Assembly (NCBI GenBank): GCA_964621445.1
Contig: CAZUNO010000005.1
Location: 1-57,237 of the forward strand
Direction: 5' to 3'
DNA length: 57,237 nt
Origin: Candidatus Hadarchaeota archaeon
Lineage (GTDB): Archaea > CAYQAE01 > CAYVLA01
Shown: positions 37,873 to 46,743 of the stretch, in pieces
Layout of the letters: each line of letters starts with the position of its first letter
Position numbering within the stretch: position 1 is the stretch's first letter
Translations under genes and position numbers: made by a program
Notes under the pieces: generated by a model
The model's database searches: none
The model's input: the letters and a program-made list of their open reading frames with translations, nothing else
What the model was told of the DNA's origin: nothing

Positions 37873-37954
37873 TTCCCCTTTGGTCCATCCACATAATCCA
37901 CGAAAGGGCAGCTAATTGAATCCATTTATCTTGCCTGCTCCATAGGAGGACCTT

Positions 37955-39871
37955 ATGCCCGGTGCCGTATACCTGGGTCAGATGCACGTGAACTGGTGTT
38001 TAGAATGCAACCTGCCTATCCTGGAGAGGGATAGATGTAGATGCGGTTCGGAGACCCACCAGGTGAAACTGACGCCCCCCGGAGATGCCTTCCCGGCCAG
38101 CCCAGGGGCACTTGAAGAGATTAAGGGCCTCCTGGACTCGGCCTACGGACCCGGGGTGGGGGATGGACTGCTTCCGGATGACAAGCTGGTTTTATTGAAC
38201 GTCTTACCGGCCATGGACAGAGCCCTGGAGATAGTCCTCGACGGCCGGGTGATGGGCCGAAACTTCTACCGCCCCCGGAAGGAAAAGTGGGTGTTCAAAC
38301 CCACCCTGGAAGGCGCGGCCAGGATCTCATCCCTTTCCCATGCCAGGAGGGTGACCGCCGATCCCGGTGCCATTAAGGCCGTTCTGAAGGGAGCTAGCCT
38401 CCTTGCCCCGGGCATTACGGATGCAGATCAATCCATCCAAAGGGAGGACGAGGTGCTTCTAGAGGACCAGGAAGGACGGCTCATCGGGGTAGGCAGGGCA
38501 AGGATGACCGGAAAGGAGATGCTGGAAAGGGATTACGGCCTTGCATGCAAGGTCAGGAGGGCGGAGAGGGTCACACCCACCCACATCCTTCCCGGGGGCC
38601 AGACCTGGAATGACGCGGTCGCCGCCAACCGGGGGGTACTGGACGAGAGGGAGGCCGAGGCCGTGAACTTCATCAGGAACTCCGCCCGCTCCCACAAGGA
38701 GCCGAAGTCAGTGGCCTTCAGCGGGGGAAAGGACAGCCTCTGCACCCTCCTGTTGGTGGAAAAGGCCATAGATGAGTTCAGCATTATTTTCATTGATACC
38801 GGGATAGAGTTTCCGGAAACCGTCAGATATACGGAGTCCATCATACGCAATTTGGGGATGGAGGACAAGCTGATAGTAGGATCTGCGGGCGAAAGGTTCT
38901 GGAGAGCCATGGACGTATTTGGTCCCCCGAGCAGGGATGCCCGCTGGTGCTGCAAGGTCTGTAAGCTGGGGCCAACCACACAGGTCATCCAGAACCACCT
39001 GGGTGGGTCCTGCCTTACCTACGTCGGCCAGAGAAAGTACGAATCCGAGCAGAGAAAGGGCAGGCACCGGATATCAAATAACCCATGGGTCCCCGGCCAG
39101 ATCTCGGCAAGCCCTATACGGGATTGGACCGCACTCCACGTGTGGCTATACATCATGCGGGAGGGCGCGGACTACAACCCCCTTTACGATAGGGGCTACT
39201 CCAGGATCGGGTGTTTCCCCTGCCCGGCCTGCGATATGGCCGAGTTCGAGCTTCTCGAGGACACACATCCCGGATTGGCGCAAAAACTGCATGCCCACCT
39301 GGATGAACATGCCCAGAGGTCGGCTATGCCGCCCTCGTGGACCGAGAGGGGACTCTGGAGATGGAGGGATGCCCCGAATTGGGCAGATGAGCATATCCAG
39401 CTGGAGTCCTACATACAGGTTCCCGAATTTAAGATGGAGGAAAATGACACTGGAAGGTTCCTATACACCAAACTTGATCCAGATGTGGTCGAAAGGGCCG
39501 CCAACCTGCTAGGCTCCCTCGGCCGGGTCCGCGAGCAGGGCACCACCAGGATCTTCGATCACCAGAATCCGATTACCCTGGAGGAGGACGGCAAACTGAC
39601 CATCGGTCCCCTGGATCAATCCGCTGATATCCGCAAGACCATCACCGAGGTGACCACCTGCCTCATAAAGACCGAGCACTGTGTGGGGTGCGCCACCTGT
39701 GTAGGAGTATGTCCCAGTGAGGCCATCGAGATTAGGGATGGAGAGGCCTGGATCGGGGAAGGATGCACCAACTGCGGGAGGTGCATCCAGCTATGCCCGC
39801 TTCTGACCTGGGCGGTGGATATTCGGGAGGGCTCAGCTGATATTTTTCAACTCCAGGACACGGAGGGGTAG
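37955..39871 (+). CDS. PAPS-reductase-family protein with PUA and [4Fe-4S] domains
   Basis: N-terminal CxxC, PUA (GASLLAPGI), PP-loop AFSGGKDS, WCCKVCK, RIGCFPCP, C-terminal CVGCATCVGVCP/CTNCGRCIQLCP. Confidence 0.9.
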   Translation: MPGAVYLGQMHVNWCLECNLPILERDRCRCGSETHQVKLTPPGDAFPASPGALEEIKGLLDSAYGPGVGDGLLPDDKLVLLNVLPAMDRALEIVLDGRVMGRNFYRPRKEKWVFKPTLEGAARISSLSHARRVTADPGAIKAVLKGASLLAPGITDADQSIQREDEVLLEDQEGRLIGVGRARMTGKEMLERDYGLACKVRRAERVTPTHILPGGQTWNDAVAANRGVLDEREAEAVNFIRNSARSHKEPKSVAFSGGKDSLCTLLLVEKAIDEFSIIFIDTGIEFPETVRYTESIIRNLGMEDKLIVGSAGERFWRAMDVFGPPSRDARWCCKVCKLGPTTQVIQNHLGGSCLTYVGQRKYESEQRKGRHRISNNPWVPGQISASPIRDWTALHVWLYIMREGADYNPLYDRGYSRIGCFPCPACDMAEFELLEDTHPGLAQKLHAHLDEHAQRSAMPPSWTERGLWRWRDAPNWADEHIQLESYIQVPEFKMEENDTGRFLYTKLDPDVVERAANLLGSLGRVREQGTTRIFDHQNPITLEEDGKLTIGPLDQSADIRKTITEVTTCLIKTEHCVGCATCVGVCPSEAIEIRDGEAWIGEGCTNCGRCIQLCPLLTWAVDIREGSADIFQLQDTEG

Positions 39872-39873
39872 GG

Positions 39874-40332
39874 ATGAACATCGTTATCCGCAAGGCGGAT
39901 ATTGGCCAAGCCGATGAGATCAGGAAAATGGTCAACAACTACGCATCCAAGAACAAGATGCTCCCCAGGTCGCTTAACGAGATCTATGAGAATATAAGGG
40001 ATTATCACGTGGCCATCGACGGGGAGAAGGTAGTTGGTTCGGGAGCCCTCCACGTGTTTTGGGAGGACCTTGCGGAGCTTAGGTCGCTGGCCGTCCACCC
40101 CGATTACCAGGGACGGGGCCTGGGAAGGAAGCTGGTGGGCCATGTGCTCTCCGAGGCACCTGACCTGGGCATTAGCAGAGTGTTCATACTCACCGCCATA
40201 CCGGGTTACTTCAAGAAGGCCGGCTTCGAATTTATTGATCGATGTGAGCTCCCCCACAAGGTTTGGTCGGAATGCATAAAGTGCCCCAAATTTCCTGACT
40301 GCGACGAGGTCTCCATGATAATAGAGGTTTAG
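39874..40332 (+). CDS. GNAT N-acetyltransferase (short ArgA-like amino-acid acetyltransferase)
   Basis: MLPRS, AELRSLAV...QGRGLG, LPHKVWSECIKCPKFPDCDE. Confidence 0.88.
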   Translation: MNIVIRKADIGQADEIRKMVNNYASKNKMLPRSLNEIYENIRDYHVAIDGEKVVGSGALHVFWEDLAELRSLAVHPDYQGRGLGRKLVGHVLSEAPDLGISRVFILTAIPGYFKKAGFEFIDRCELPHKVWSECIKCPKFPDCDEVSMIIEV

Positions 40333-40340
40333 GGCAGATT

Positions 40341-40946
40341 CTACAGGCCCGGATGGCGTTCGGCCATGGCCCGGCATAACAGTTTTGCGAGATGGATGGG
40401 TTCTGGAACCCGGTGGGTTTTGGTAAACTGCTTAACTAGCTTTACTCCCTCCTCTAGTTCCAGCCCCCAACCCTCGGAAACGTAGATAACCCCTCCATGG
40501 AGGCGGGGACTGATCGGTTCATACCTATCCCGATCCCCCGTAAGGGGGCTCATGGTCACCCCCACCGTGGGCGTGGACAGCAGATATCCCAGGTGCCTGG
40601 CCATGCCCATACCTCGAGGGTGGTCCTCTCCCGCCGCTGGCACCAGGAGGACCTGAGGCCTCTTCTTCATACAGTCAAAGGCCTTGATCACCGCCGGCCC
40701 CTCGCGATAGGAGAGAAATCCCGCCACGTAATCCATATCGGTCCGCATATAGGCCCAGGACCCATCCACGACCTTCATGTCCTTGGGCCGCAGGGATATC
40801 ACCGCAGAAGCTACTCCCTCGTTTAGGGAAAGCTGGCTACAGCCCCCCACCAGCTCCAGATCTCCCCCAAGCTGGGATTCGCCTTCCAACCTTTCGCGAA
40901 TTCTAACCTGGTGCAGGCACAGTTGCCTCTCCAAATCCGGCTCCAT
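40341..40946 (-). CDS. nfi: Endonuclease V (Nfi) family protein with substituted catalytic Asp residues
   Basis: YVAGFLSYREGP, G..HPRGMGMARHLG, PTVGV, IYVSEG, RVPEPIHLA. Confidence 0.8.
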   Translation of the reverse strand: MEPDLERQLCLHQVRIRERLEGESQLGGDLELVGGCSQLSLNEGVASAVISLRPKDMKVVDGSWAYMRTDMDYVAGFLSYREGPAVIKAFDCMKKRPQVLLVPAAGEDHPRGMGMARHLGYLLSTPTVGVTMSPLTGDRDRYEPISPRLHGGVIYVSEGWGLELEEGVKLVKQFTKTHRVPEPIHLAKLLCRAMAERHPGL

Positions 40947-41018
40947 TCACCTCTCTTGGCGTGGCTCTACATTTAAATAGAAAGATCTCTGTTACCCTCC
41001 CACAAGGAGAAGTTAGGC

Positions 41019-41255
41019 ATGAAGATTCTAGTCGATGATGAAGAGGTTGGCGAGGCAGAAATCGAGAACGTAAATATCGACCGGGACTCCCAATTCCCTC
41101 GCACGCTGATCGAACTGGAAGGCGAGGGCAAGGTTGTCCTTGACCTGGATAAGGATGAATACAAGGCGCTGGGAGGAAGGGTGCTCGACCTTTTAGCAGA
41201 CCCTGCCGACCAGGACCTGTCATTCTACCTTACTCTGGCCAAGAAGAAGCTCTAA
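41019..41255 (+). CDS. Small acidic hypothetical protein
   Basis: 78-aa ORF with AGGAG SD and an upstream TTTAAATA box. Confidence 0.65.
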   Translation: MKILVDDEEVGEAEIENVNIDRDSQFPRTLIELEGEGKVVLDLDKDEYKALGGRVLDLLADPADQDLSFYLTLAKKKL

Positions 41256-41563
41256 GCGGAGTCCGCCATGCGGCGGGTAAGCCGCGAAACGTCCGACATT
41301 TGCTTTTCCAGGTCCTCCATTTTTTTCGCTAGCTCCTGTAGGTAGGACCCAACCCCATCATTTAGCTTGGCCCCTTTGGAGGTCGGGTTTAGGACCCCGG
41401 CCTTCTCCAGCACCCGGAGCGAGTACCTGACCTGGTGGTTGGGAATTCCCGTCTCGTCCGATATACGCCTTATACCCAGGGGGCCCTTCTCCTTTAGGAC
41501 CCCCAGTATTCTAACGTGCCTCAGCACCAGGTCGATCTCCTTCTCCAGGTTTCGTAGAGCCAT
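41252..41563 (-). CDS. Winged-HTH transcriptional regulator
   Basis: RHVRIL...GPLGIRRISDETGIPNHQVRYSLRVLE..GVLNPTSKGA. Confidence 0.85.
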   Translation of the reverse strand: MALRNLEKEIDLVLRHVRILGVLKEKGPLGIRRISDETGIPNHQVRYSLRVLEKAGVLNPTSKGAKLNDGVGSYLQELAKKMEDLEKQMSDVSRLTRRMADSA

Positions 41564-41572
41564 TCAGGCCAC

Positions 41573-42376
41573 CTAGGTCGCCTTTAAGACCTCGGTAATG
41601 GTGTATATTCCCGGCTCCGCATCTCCCACGAATCTCACGCTGCACAGGACCCCGTGAACGAATACATCCCTGCTCTGGGCCCGGTGGCTTATCTCGATCC
41701 TCTCGCTGGGACCTGCGAAGATGACCGTGTGGTCCCCCACCACGTCGCCGGCGCGGGCTGAGGAGATGCCGATCTCTCCCTTCTGCCTCCGTCCCTCGCC
41801 GCTGCGACCGGTCAATATGGATCTATCGGACTCCGAGGCCTCCGATATCCTGTCAGCAATCTTCAGCGCCGTCCCCGAGGGGGAGTCGACCTTCTTGTTG
41901 TGATGGATCTCGAATATCTCGATATCGTAATCGGGAACCATGTTTACCGCCGATGCGCAGAGTTCAAGCATCACGTTGACCCCCACCGACATGTTGGGGG
42001 ATATCACCGCCGAAACCCCGTTCTCGATTATCGATGACCGTATATCCTCCATCTGTCCCTTCACGTGCCCTGTGGTGCCCATCACCACGTCCAGGCCAAG
42101 GCGACTTCCGTTAATAACGTTCCTGGTTGATGCCTCCGCGTTGGAAAAATCGACCAATATCCCGCAGCCGGTTGCCTCAACCGCCTCCTCGATATCCCCA
42201 GCCGGCCAAACCCTGGCCCCACTGGACTTTCCCACCGACAGCTCGCCTAAATCTTGACCGATCTGTGGATTTTTCGGACCTTCAAGTGCTCCTACAACTA
42301 CGATATCATCCGTCTCCGCGGCCAGGGCAGCTATCCTCTTCCCCATCCGACCGCAGCCGGAAAGAAGAACCTCTAT
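41573..42376 (-). CDS. dapB: 4-hydroxy-tetrahydrodipicolinate reductase (probable ATA start)
   Basis: IEVLLSGCGRMG, VDFS, VMGTTG, SPNMSVGVN, EIHHNKKVDSPSGTA, GDHTVIF, HRAQSR. Confidence 0.94.
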   Translation of the reverse strand: MEVLLSGCGRMGKRIAALAAETDDIVVVGALEGPKNPQIGQDLGELSVGKSSGARVWPAGDIEEAVEATGCGILVDFSNAEASTRNVINGSRLGLDVVMGTTGHVKGQMEDIRSSIIENGVSAVISPNMSVGVNVMLELCASAVNMVPDYDIEIFEIHHNKKVDSPSGTALKIADRISEASESDRSILTGRSGEGRRQKGEIGISSARAGDVVGDHTVIFAGPSERIEISHRAQSRDVFVHGVLCSVRFVGDAEPGIYTITEVLKAT

Positions 42377-42441
42377 TCTACTACCTCCCTTCCGCTAGCA
42401 AGAGGAAAGAGTTAAAATATGTATGTGTGGCTCACGGTAAC

Positions 42442-42918
42442 GTGTTTCGCCACCGCACTCTCACCGTAGCAGGCACCTTCTGGCCCCTGCATAGGGGGCA
42501 CAAACACCTCATAGATGCCGCCTTCCAGGACGGCTTGGAGGTATTCATAGGTCTAACCTCCGATCGGATGATTAAAAAGATCAAGGATCTATCGGGAATC
42601 CCGGCCTATGGCACCAGGAAGAAGAACCTGTTCTCCTATCTTTCCGAAAAGGGATATGATGACCGCGCTCACGTCTTCAGGATAGAGGACGAATACGGGT
42701 TTGCCGCTGATTTCCCAAATCTCCAGGCCATAACCGTAACCGAGGAGACCCTTCCCAACGCCAAAAAGATCAACCAGAGAAGGAAACAAAGATCCATGGC
42801 CCCCCTGGATATACTAGAGGTGGACCTGGTGAAGGCCGAGGACGGGAAGCCCATCTCATCATCCAGGATTCGCGAGGGAGAGATCGACCCCGAGGGCAGG
42901 ATCAGGAACGAGGGCTGA
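42442..42918 (+). CDS. coaD: Phosphopantetheine adenylyltransferase (archaeal type)
   Basis: AGTFWPLHRGH (HxGH), IGLTSD, VTEET, AEDGKPISSSRIREGEIDPEG; GTG start inferred. Confidence 0.88.
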   Translation: MFRHRTLTVAGTFWPLHRGHKHLIDAAFQDGLEVFIGLTSDRMIKKIKDLSGIPAYGTRKKNLFSYLSEKGYDDRAHVFRIEDEYGFAADFPNLQAITVTEETLPNAKKINQRRKQRSMAPLDILEVDLVKAEDGKPISSSRIREGEIDPEGRIRNEG

Positions 42919-43456
42919 TCCCCTCTATATTTTCAACTACCTCCCAGGTCCTTTCCTCCAGCTCCTCCAGGCTGCCATCGTTAATGATCATACTTTCAGC
43001 CATGGATATGGCCTCGTCCAGGCCCCAGGACTCCTCCCTCTGGTCCCTGTCCAGGAAATCCTGGTAGCTATCGATGTCATCCGCTCTTCCCCGCCCGATT
43101 ATCCTCCTGTACCTCAGCTTCCCGGGCGCCCACACCTCGATAAGATGAAAGTCCGGGAACTCCCGGCGAAAAAGCTCAACCTCTGCCGATCCCCTTATGC
43201 CGTTGACCACCACGACCTCGGAATCCATTTCCCGGATACGTTTCACGCACCTCCTGGCTATGGCGTCCATGCCCTCCTTTCTTCTCAGATCGGTGGCTAC
43301 GGCCCCCACGTTACGGTCAGTTACCTCCAGCCCCCGAAGCCTGGTCTCCTGGACCGGGACCTCCCCCATCCTGACGGCGGGGAACTGGTCCTCCAGGATC
43401 TGGCTAACCGTATCCTTTCCGGCCCCTGCCTTGCCGACCAGCGCCAGGACCTTCAA
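42902..43456 (-). CDS. UPF0200 / dephospho-CoA-kinase-like P-loop kinase
   Basis: [45 protein letters not shown]. Confidence 0.85.
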   Translation of the reverse strand: MKVLALVGKAGAGKDTVSQILEDQFPAVRMGEVPVQETRLRGLEVTDRNVGAVATDLRRKEGMDAIARRCVKRIREMDSEVVVVNGIRGSAEVELFRREFPDFHLIEVWAPGKLRYRRIIGRGRADDIDSYQDFLDRDQREESWGLDEAISMAESMIINDGSLEELEERTWEVVENIEGISPRS

Positions 43457-44238
43457 GAACCCTCCTCCAGGGCCCTGGAGATTCGCCTTGCACAGGCCCT
43501 TCCGGACATCAACATGCCCCCGAAGATTGGTCCCATGCGGGGACTACCGAAAACTGCATTGGCGGCCATGCCGGCAACGTAGAGGTTGGGGTAAACCTCA
43601 ACCGAGTTATCCACCAGAGAGGCCTCACCCTCCTCGGCCCACATGGAGCTCTCCCCGCTGACCTTTCCTGAGGGGGTCTGAAGATTGGGCCCAACCTTCC
43701 TCTCCACAACCCGGCATATCTCGGAGTCATGCCCGGTGGCGTCGATGGTCTTCCTGGACATTATCACCATGGGATCCACGTGCAGTCCAGCCACATCGAC
43801 CGCACTCCAGTTTATGACCAGGCCCTCCACGCTCTCATCCCTGATCACCACGTCCTCGATGGTGATGAGGTTAAACACCTTGGCGCCAGCCCTCATGGCC
43901 TCCAGACATATGGCCGTGGTGGATTCCACGGAGTTCGCGACGAAAAGGCCATCCCCCACGGACCTGCTCCGCACCCCGAACTCATCCAGTATATCCTTTC
44001 CCTGCTCCTGAACCGTAATCTGGTTGAACATCATGCCCCCTCCCCACATTCCACCGCCTATGCTCAGCCTTCTCTCGAAAAGGGCGGTCTTTACCCCGCT
44101 TTTGGCCAGGTAGTAGGCGGCGACCATCCCCGAAGGACCGGCGCCGGCGATGGCCACGTCGAGCTCCAGGCTGGACGATAGGTCTTCGAAATATGCTTCC
44201 ATAATCGATTTGGTGATCTTGACTTCCTCGATGACCAT
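43453..44238 (-). CDS. thi4: Sulfide-dependent thiazole synthase (His-type Thi4)
   Basis: [19 protein letters not shown] (His rather than Cys), [16 protein letters not shown]. Confidence 0.95.
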   Translation of the reverse strand: MVIEEVKITKSIMEAYFEDLSSSLELDVAIAGAGPSGMVAAYYLAKSGVKTALFERRLSIGGGMWGGGMMFNQITVQEQGKDILDEFGVRSRSVGDGLFVANSVESTTAICLEAMRAGAKVFNLITIEDVVIRDESVEGLVINWSAVDVAGLHVDPMVIMSRKTIDATGHDSEICRVVERKVGPNLQTPSGKVSGESSMWAEEGEASLVDNSVEVYPNLYVAGMAANAVFGSPRMGPIFGGMLMSGRACARRISRALEEGS

Positions 44239-44302
44239 ATTAGTGCCTCAACCGATAGCCTACTACAATTAATATAAATGGAATCACACCAGGTTGTTAA
44301 CC

Positions 44303-45118
44303 ATGAAACCGGAGATACCCAGCTCCATTGCCCTGATCCTCCTCGTCATCCTGGTCCCGGGTATATCGGCCCAGGATGATGCTAGCTGTCGCCTTAATAT
44401 CCAGATCCACGAGGCCCCGGGGCTTAACTCATACTACGTATTTTATTTCCACTACATAGAACTAGCTCCCGACCAGTCAACGCCCGAAAACCGGACCCTC
44501 ACGGTGGAGCTGCCCTCAACGGGGGATTCCCCGCGGGGGGTATCGGCATATCCATCCCTGAACTCCTCGTACCTGGAACTGGATGTGGGGGAGGGAGAGG
44601 GGCTAAGAGCCCAGATTACAACCGACTCCCCATCCGTCGAGCTTCGCTACTACCTACCGGTCAGAGCAAAGGAGGTCGGGTCCCACGCGGACCACCTGGT
44701 GACCTTCCCGGAACCATCCCTTGATCTGAAGCTAAAGTCGCTGACCATCTCCGTGAACTGGCCAAATTGGAACTTCCAGATAATTGAGATCCTTCCCGAG
44801 GGAGCGGAAAGGGTCATGAATCCCATGTTCGAGACCGACCCCTACAAGACCGTGTCATACTACTGGTACCACTCGGCCAGCCAACTGGAATCCAGACAGC
44901 CGTCCCAGATCCAGGTCACCATGCGCTCGGCGGCCACCTCCCAGAAGGTGACCAGGAACCAGAGCATAATGATAATGGCCCTCATAGTGGTGGTACCCAC
45001 GGCCATCTTCATCATCTACAAACCTCCCAAGAAACTGGAAACCCCAAAAAGAAAGTTCAGGATAACGGACGGCAAACCGAAGAGGGAGATAAAAAGGGGA
45101 AGGTACAAGGTTAAGTAG
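44303..45118 (+). CDS. Secreted protein with a C-terminal membrane anchor and basic cytoplasmic tail
   Basis: Signal peptide MKPEIPSSIALILLVILVPGISA; TM IMIMALIVVVPTAIFIIY; Lys/Arg-rich tail. Confidence 0.78.
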   Translation: MKPEIPSSIALILLVILVPGISAQDDASCRLNIQIHEAPGLNSYYVFYFHYIELAPDQSTPENRTLTVELPSTGDSPRGVSAYPSLNSSYLELDVGEGEGLRAQITTDSPSVELRYYLPVRAKEVGSHADHLVTFPEPSLDLKLKSLTISVNWPNWNFQIIEILPEGAERVMNPMFETDPYKTVSYYWYHSASQLESRQPSQIQVTMRSAATSQKVTRNQSIMIMALIVVVPTAIFIIYKPPKKLETPKRKFRITDGKPKREIKRGRYKVK

Positions 45119-45121
45119 AGG

Positions 45122-45231
45122 TGCGCCGGCCGGGATTTTCAGATATAGATCTCTTGAACCCGGGTCACAAGCGGTCCACCGTAATGAAACGTTGGCAGGC
45201 TTGTGTCTTAGCCAAGCTGGACTACCGGCGC
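45122..45231 (-). tRNA. tRNA-Gly(GCC) with two introns (37/38 at 45174-45192; 59/60 at 45136-45152)
   Basis: Acceptor GCGCCGG/CCGGCGC-A, D arm GTCC..GAC, anticodon stem CAAGC/GCTTG with CT-GCC-A, T stem CCGGG/CCCGG; both inserts fold as bulge-helix-bulge motifs. Confidence 0.93.
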
Positions 45232-45256
45232 CCGTCGGCAAGGACATTAAGAAAAC

Positions 45257-45272
45257 TAATTAATCTTTTCGC
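45257..45272 (-). promoter_or_regulatory. Putative BRE/TATA promoter of the tRNA gene
   Basis: Minus strand GCGAAAAGATTAATTA about 26-40 nt upstream of the tRNA 5' end. Confidence 0.55.
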
Positions 45273-45306
45273 ATAGCTCAGGAGAAAAAATCCCACGTTG
45301 ATTCAC

Positions 45307-45957
45307 ATGCTCAACCTGATAATAACCGACGCCGAAATCGAGCTGGTCCCCGCGGAGATAGCGGACCACCCCTCCATAAGGCGCAGAGCCAAGAGGAGAA
45401 ACAAAAAAGGACAAGAACTGCTCCTCGATTCGAACTATGACTATCGTGCCATGCGCCGTTTACCTCAGGGGGAGAGAAGAGGACGTCCCGATATCGCCCA
45501 TATATGCCTCCTCAACGCACTGGACTCCATACCTTCCCGGGAGGGCCAACTAAGGGTATACGTCCATACTAGAAATGACCGGGTATTTAGGTTCGCCAGC
45601 GAGACGCGTCTTCCCCGAAGCCAGCACAGGTTCTACGGCATCCTGGAATCCCTTTTGAAGAAGGAAGAGGGCACCGACCTTATTGGTTATGAGAGGCTAT
45701 CCCTCCGCCAGCTAGTGGACAGGATTGAACCCGACTTCTCGGTCGCATTCAGCATACGGGGAAGTCAACTAGACATCTCGGACAGGCTCAACTCTGCAGA
45801 GCGAGTTGTGGCCATGGTTGGAGGTTTTCCCAGAGGCAATTTTAAGAGCCCGGCACTTGAACTGGCCGACGAGGTAGTCAGGTTTTACAACCGTCCGCTG
45901 GATGCCTGGACGGTGGTCAACGGTCTAATCTGTGACTACCAGAGGCGAGGTAGCTAG
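45307..45957 (+). CDS. nep1: 16S rRNA pseudouridine N1-methyltransferase Nep1 (SPOUT)
   Basis: LLDSNYD, RGRPDIAH, VYVHT, TRLPR...RFYG, VGGFPRG. Confidence 0.92.
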   Translation: MLNLIITDAEIELVPAEIADHPSIRRRAKRRNKKGQELLLDSNYDYRAMRRLPQGERRGRPDIAHICLLNALDSIPSREGQLRVYVHTRNDRVFRFASETRLPRSQHRFYGILESLLKKEEGTDLIGYERLSLRQLVDRIEPDFSVAFSIRGSQLDISDRLNSAERVVAMVGGFPRGNFKSPALELADEVVRFYNRPLDAWTVVNGLICDYQRRGS

Positions 45958-45958
45958 G

Positions 45959-46279
45959 ATGAGTCGGGGCAGGATATCAAGATCTAGGCAGAGGAAAATT
46001 GCCAGGGAGAGGATAGCCAAACTGCTGTCCATGGCAGCCCGACAGATACCGGAAAGGCCGGAGAGGGCCAGGAGATACGTCCGTCTTTCAAGGAAGATAT
46101 CCATGAGGTGCAAGGTCCGGTTTCCCGGACCCTGGAAGAGGAGAATATGTCAGAGATGCGATTTGCCCCTGATCCCGGGAACGAACTGCACCATACGGGT
46201 CCGGCAGGGGAGGGTAAACATCACCTGCCAGGGATGCGGGATGGTCCACCGATATCCCTACCCCGATGATAAATACTGA
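45959..46279 (+). CDS. rnp4: Ribonuclease P protein component 4 (Rpp21)
   Basis: IARERIAKL, ARRYV, KRRICQRC...LIPG, ITCQGCG...RYP. Confidence 0.93.
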   Translation: MSRGRISRSRQRKIARERIAKLLSMAARQIPERPERARRYVRLSRKISMRCKVRFPGPWKRRICQRCDLPLIPGTNCTIRVRQGRVNITCQGCGMVHRYPYPDDKY

Positions 46280-46392
46280 TCAAATGTTAGCTTCTTGATC
46301 GTAAATACGACATTTCAAATTTCGAATATATCATGACGCCTTAGCTTTTTGAGACTGGTTTCTACCTCATTATATTATACCAACCAAATCGG

Positions 46393-46500
46393 CTACCCGA
46401 AAACCACCTCGTTAACACCATCACTATCCACATCCCACACAGTCTGACAGCCCTGGTTGACCAGCTCCAAATGTCTTGCCGGCGAACACAGCGCTGGTAT
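46393..46500 (-). pseudogene. Possible remnant of an FG-GAP-repeat gene
   Basis: Minus strand reads QGCQTVWDVDSDGVNEVVFG* (DxDxDGxxE loop) without an intact ORF. Confidence 0.35.
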
Positions 46501-46743
46501 TAAAGGCCCCCTAGACATCCCGGTAGTAATGGCCAAAGGCCGTTAAGCGGATTGATCCATATCAAGAAAGCTTCCTTGAAAGAGTGTAAATAAGATTTTT
46601 CAGCCCACTGCTCTCGCAGTAGAATGTGATAGGCTGAGGGTTGTGTAGAGGGATTGGAAATAGCTGAGCACCATGGTTCTTGTTATAGGAATATTCTTAG
46701 TTGAACATCACATCTGAAATTGGGGTCTTAGGGAGATATAGCA

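Noticed and set aside
42127-42441. Long N-terminal extension on coaD in the ORF track
   Set aside because: It overlaps dapB on the opposite strand; recognisable PPAT sequence begins at GTG 42442
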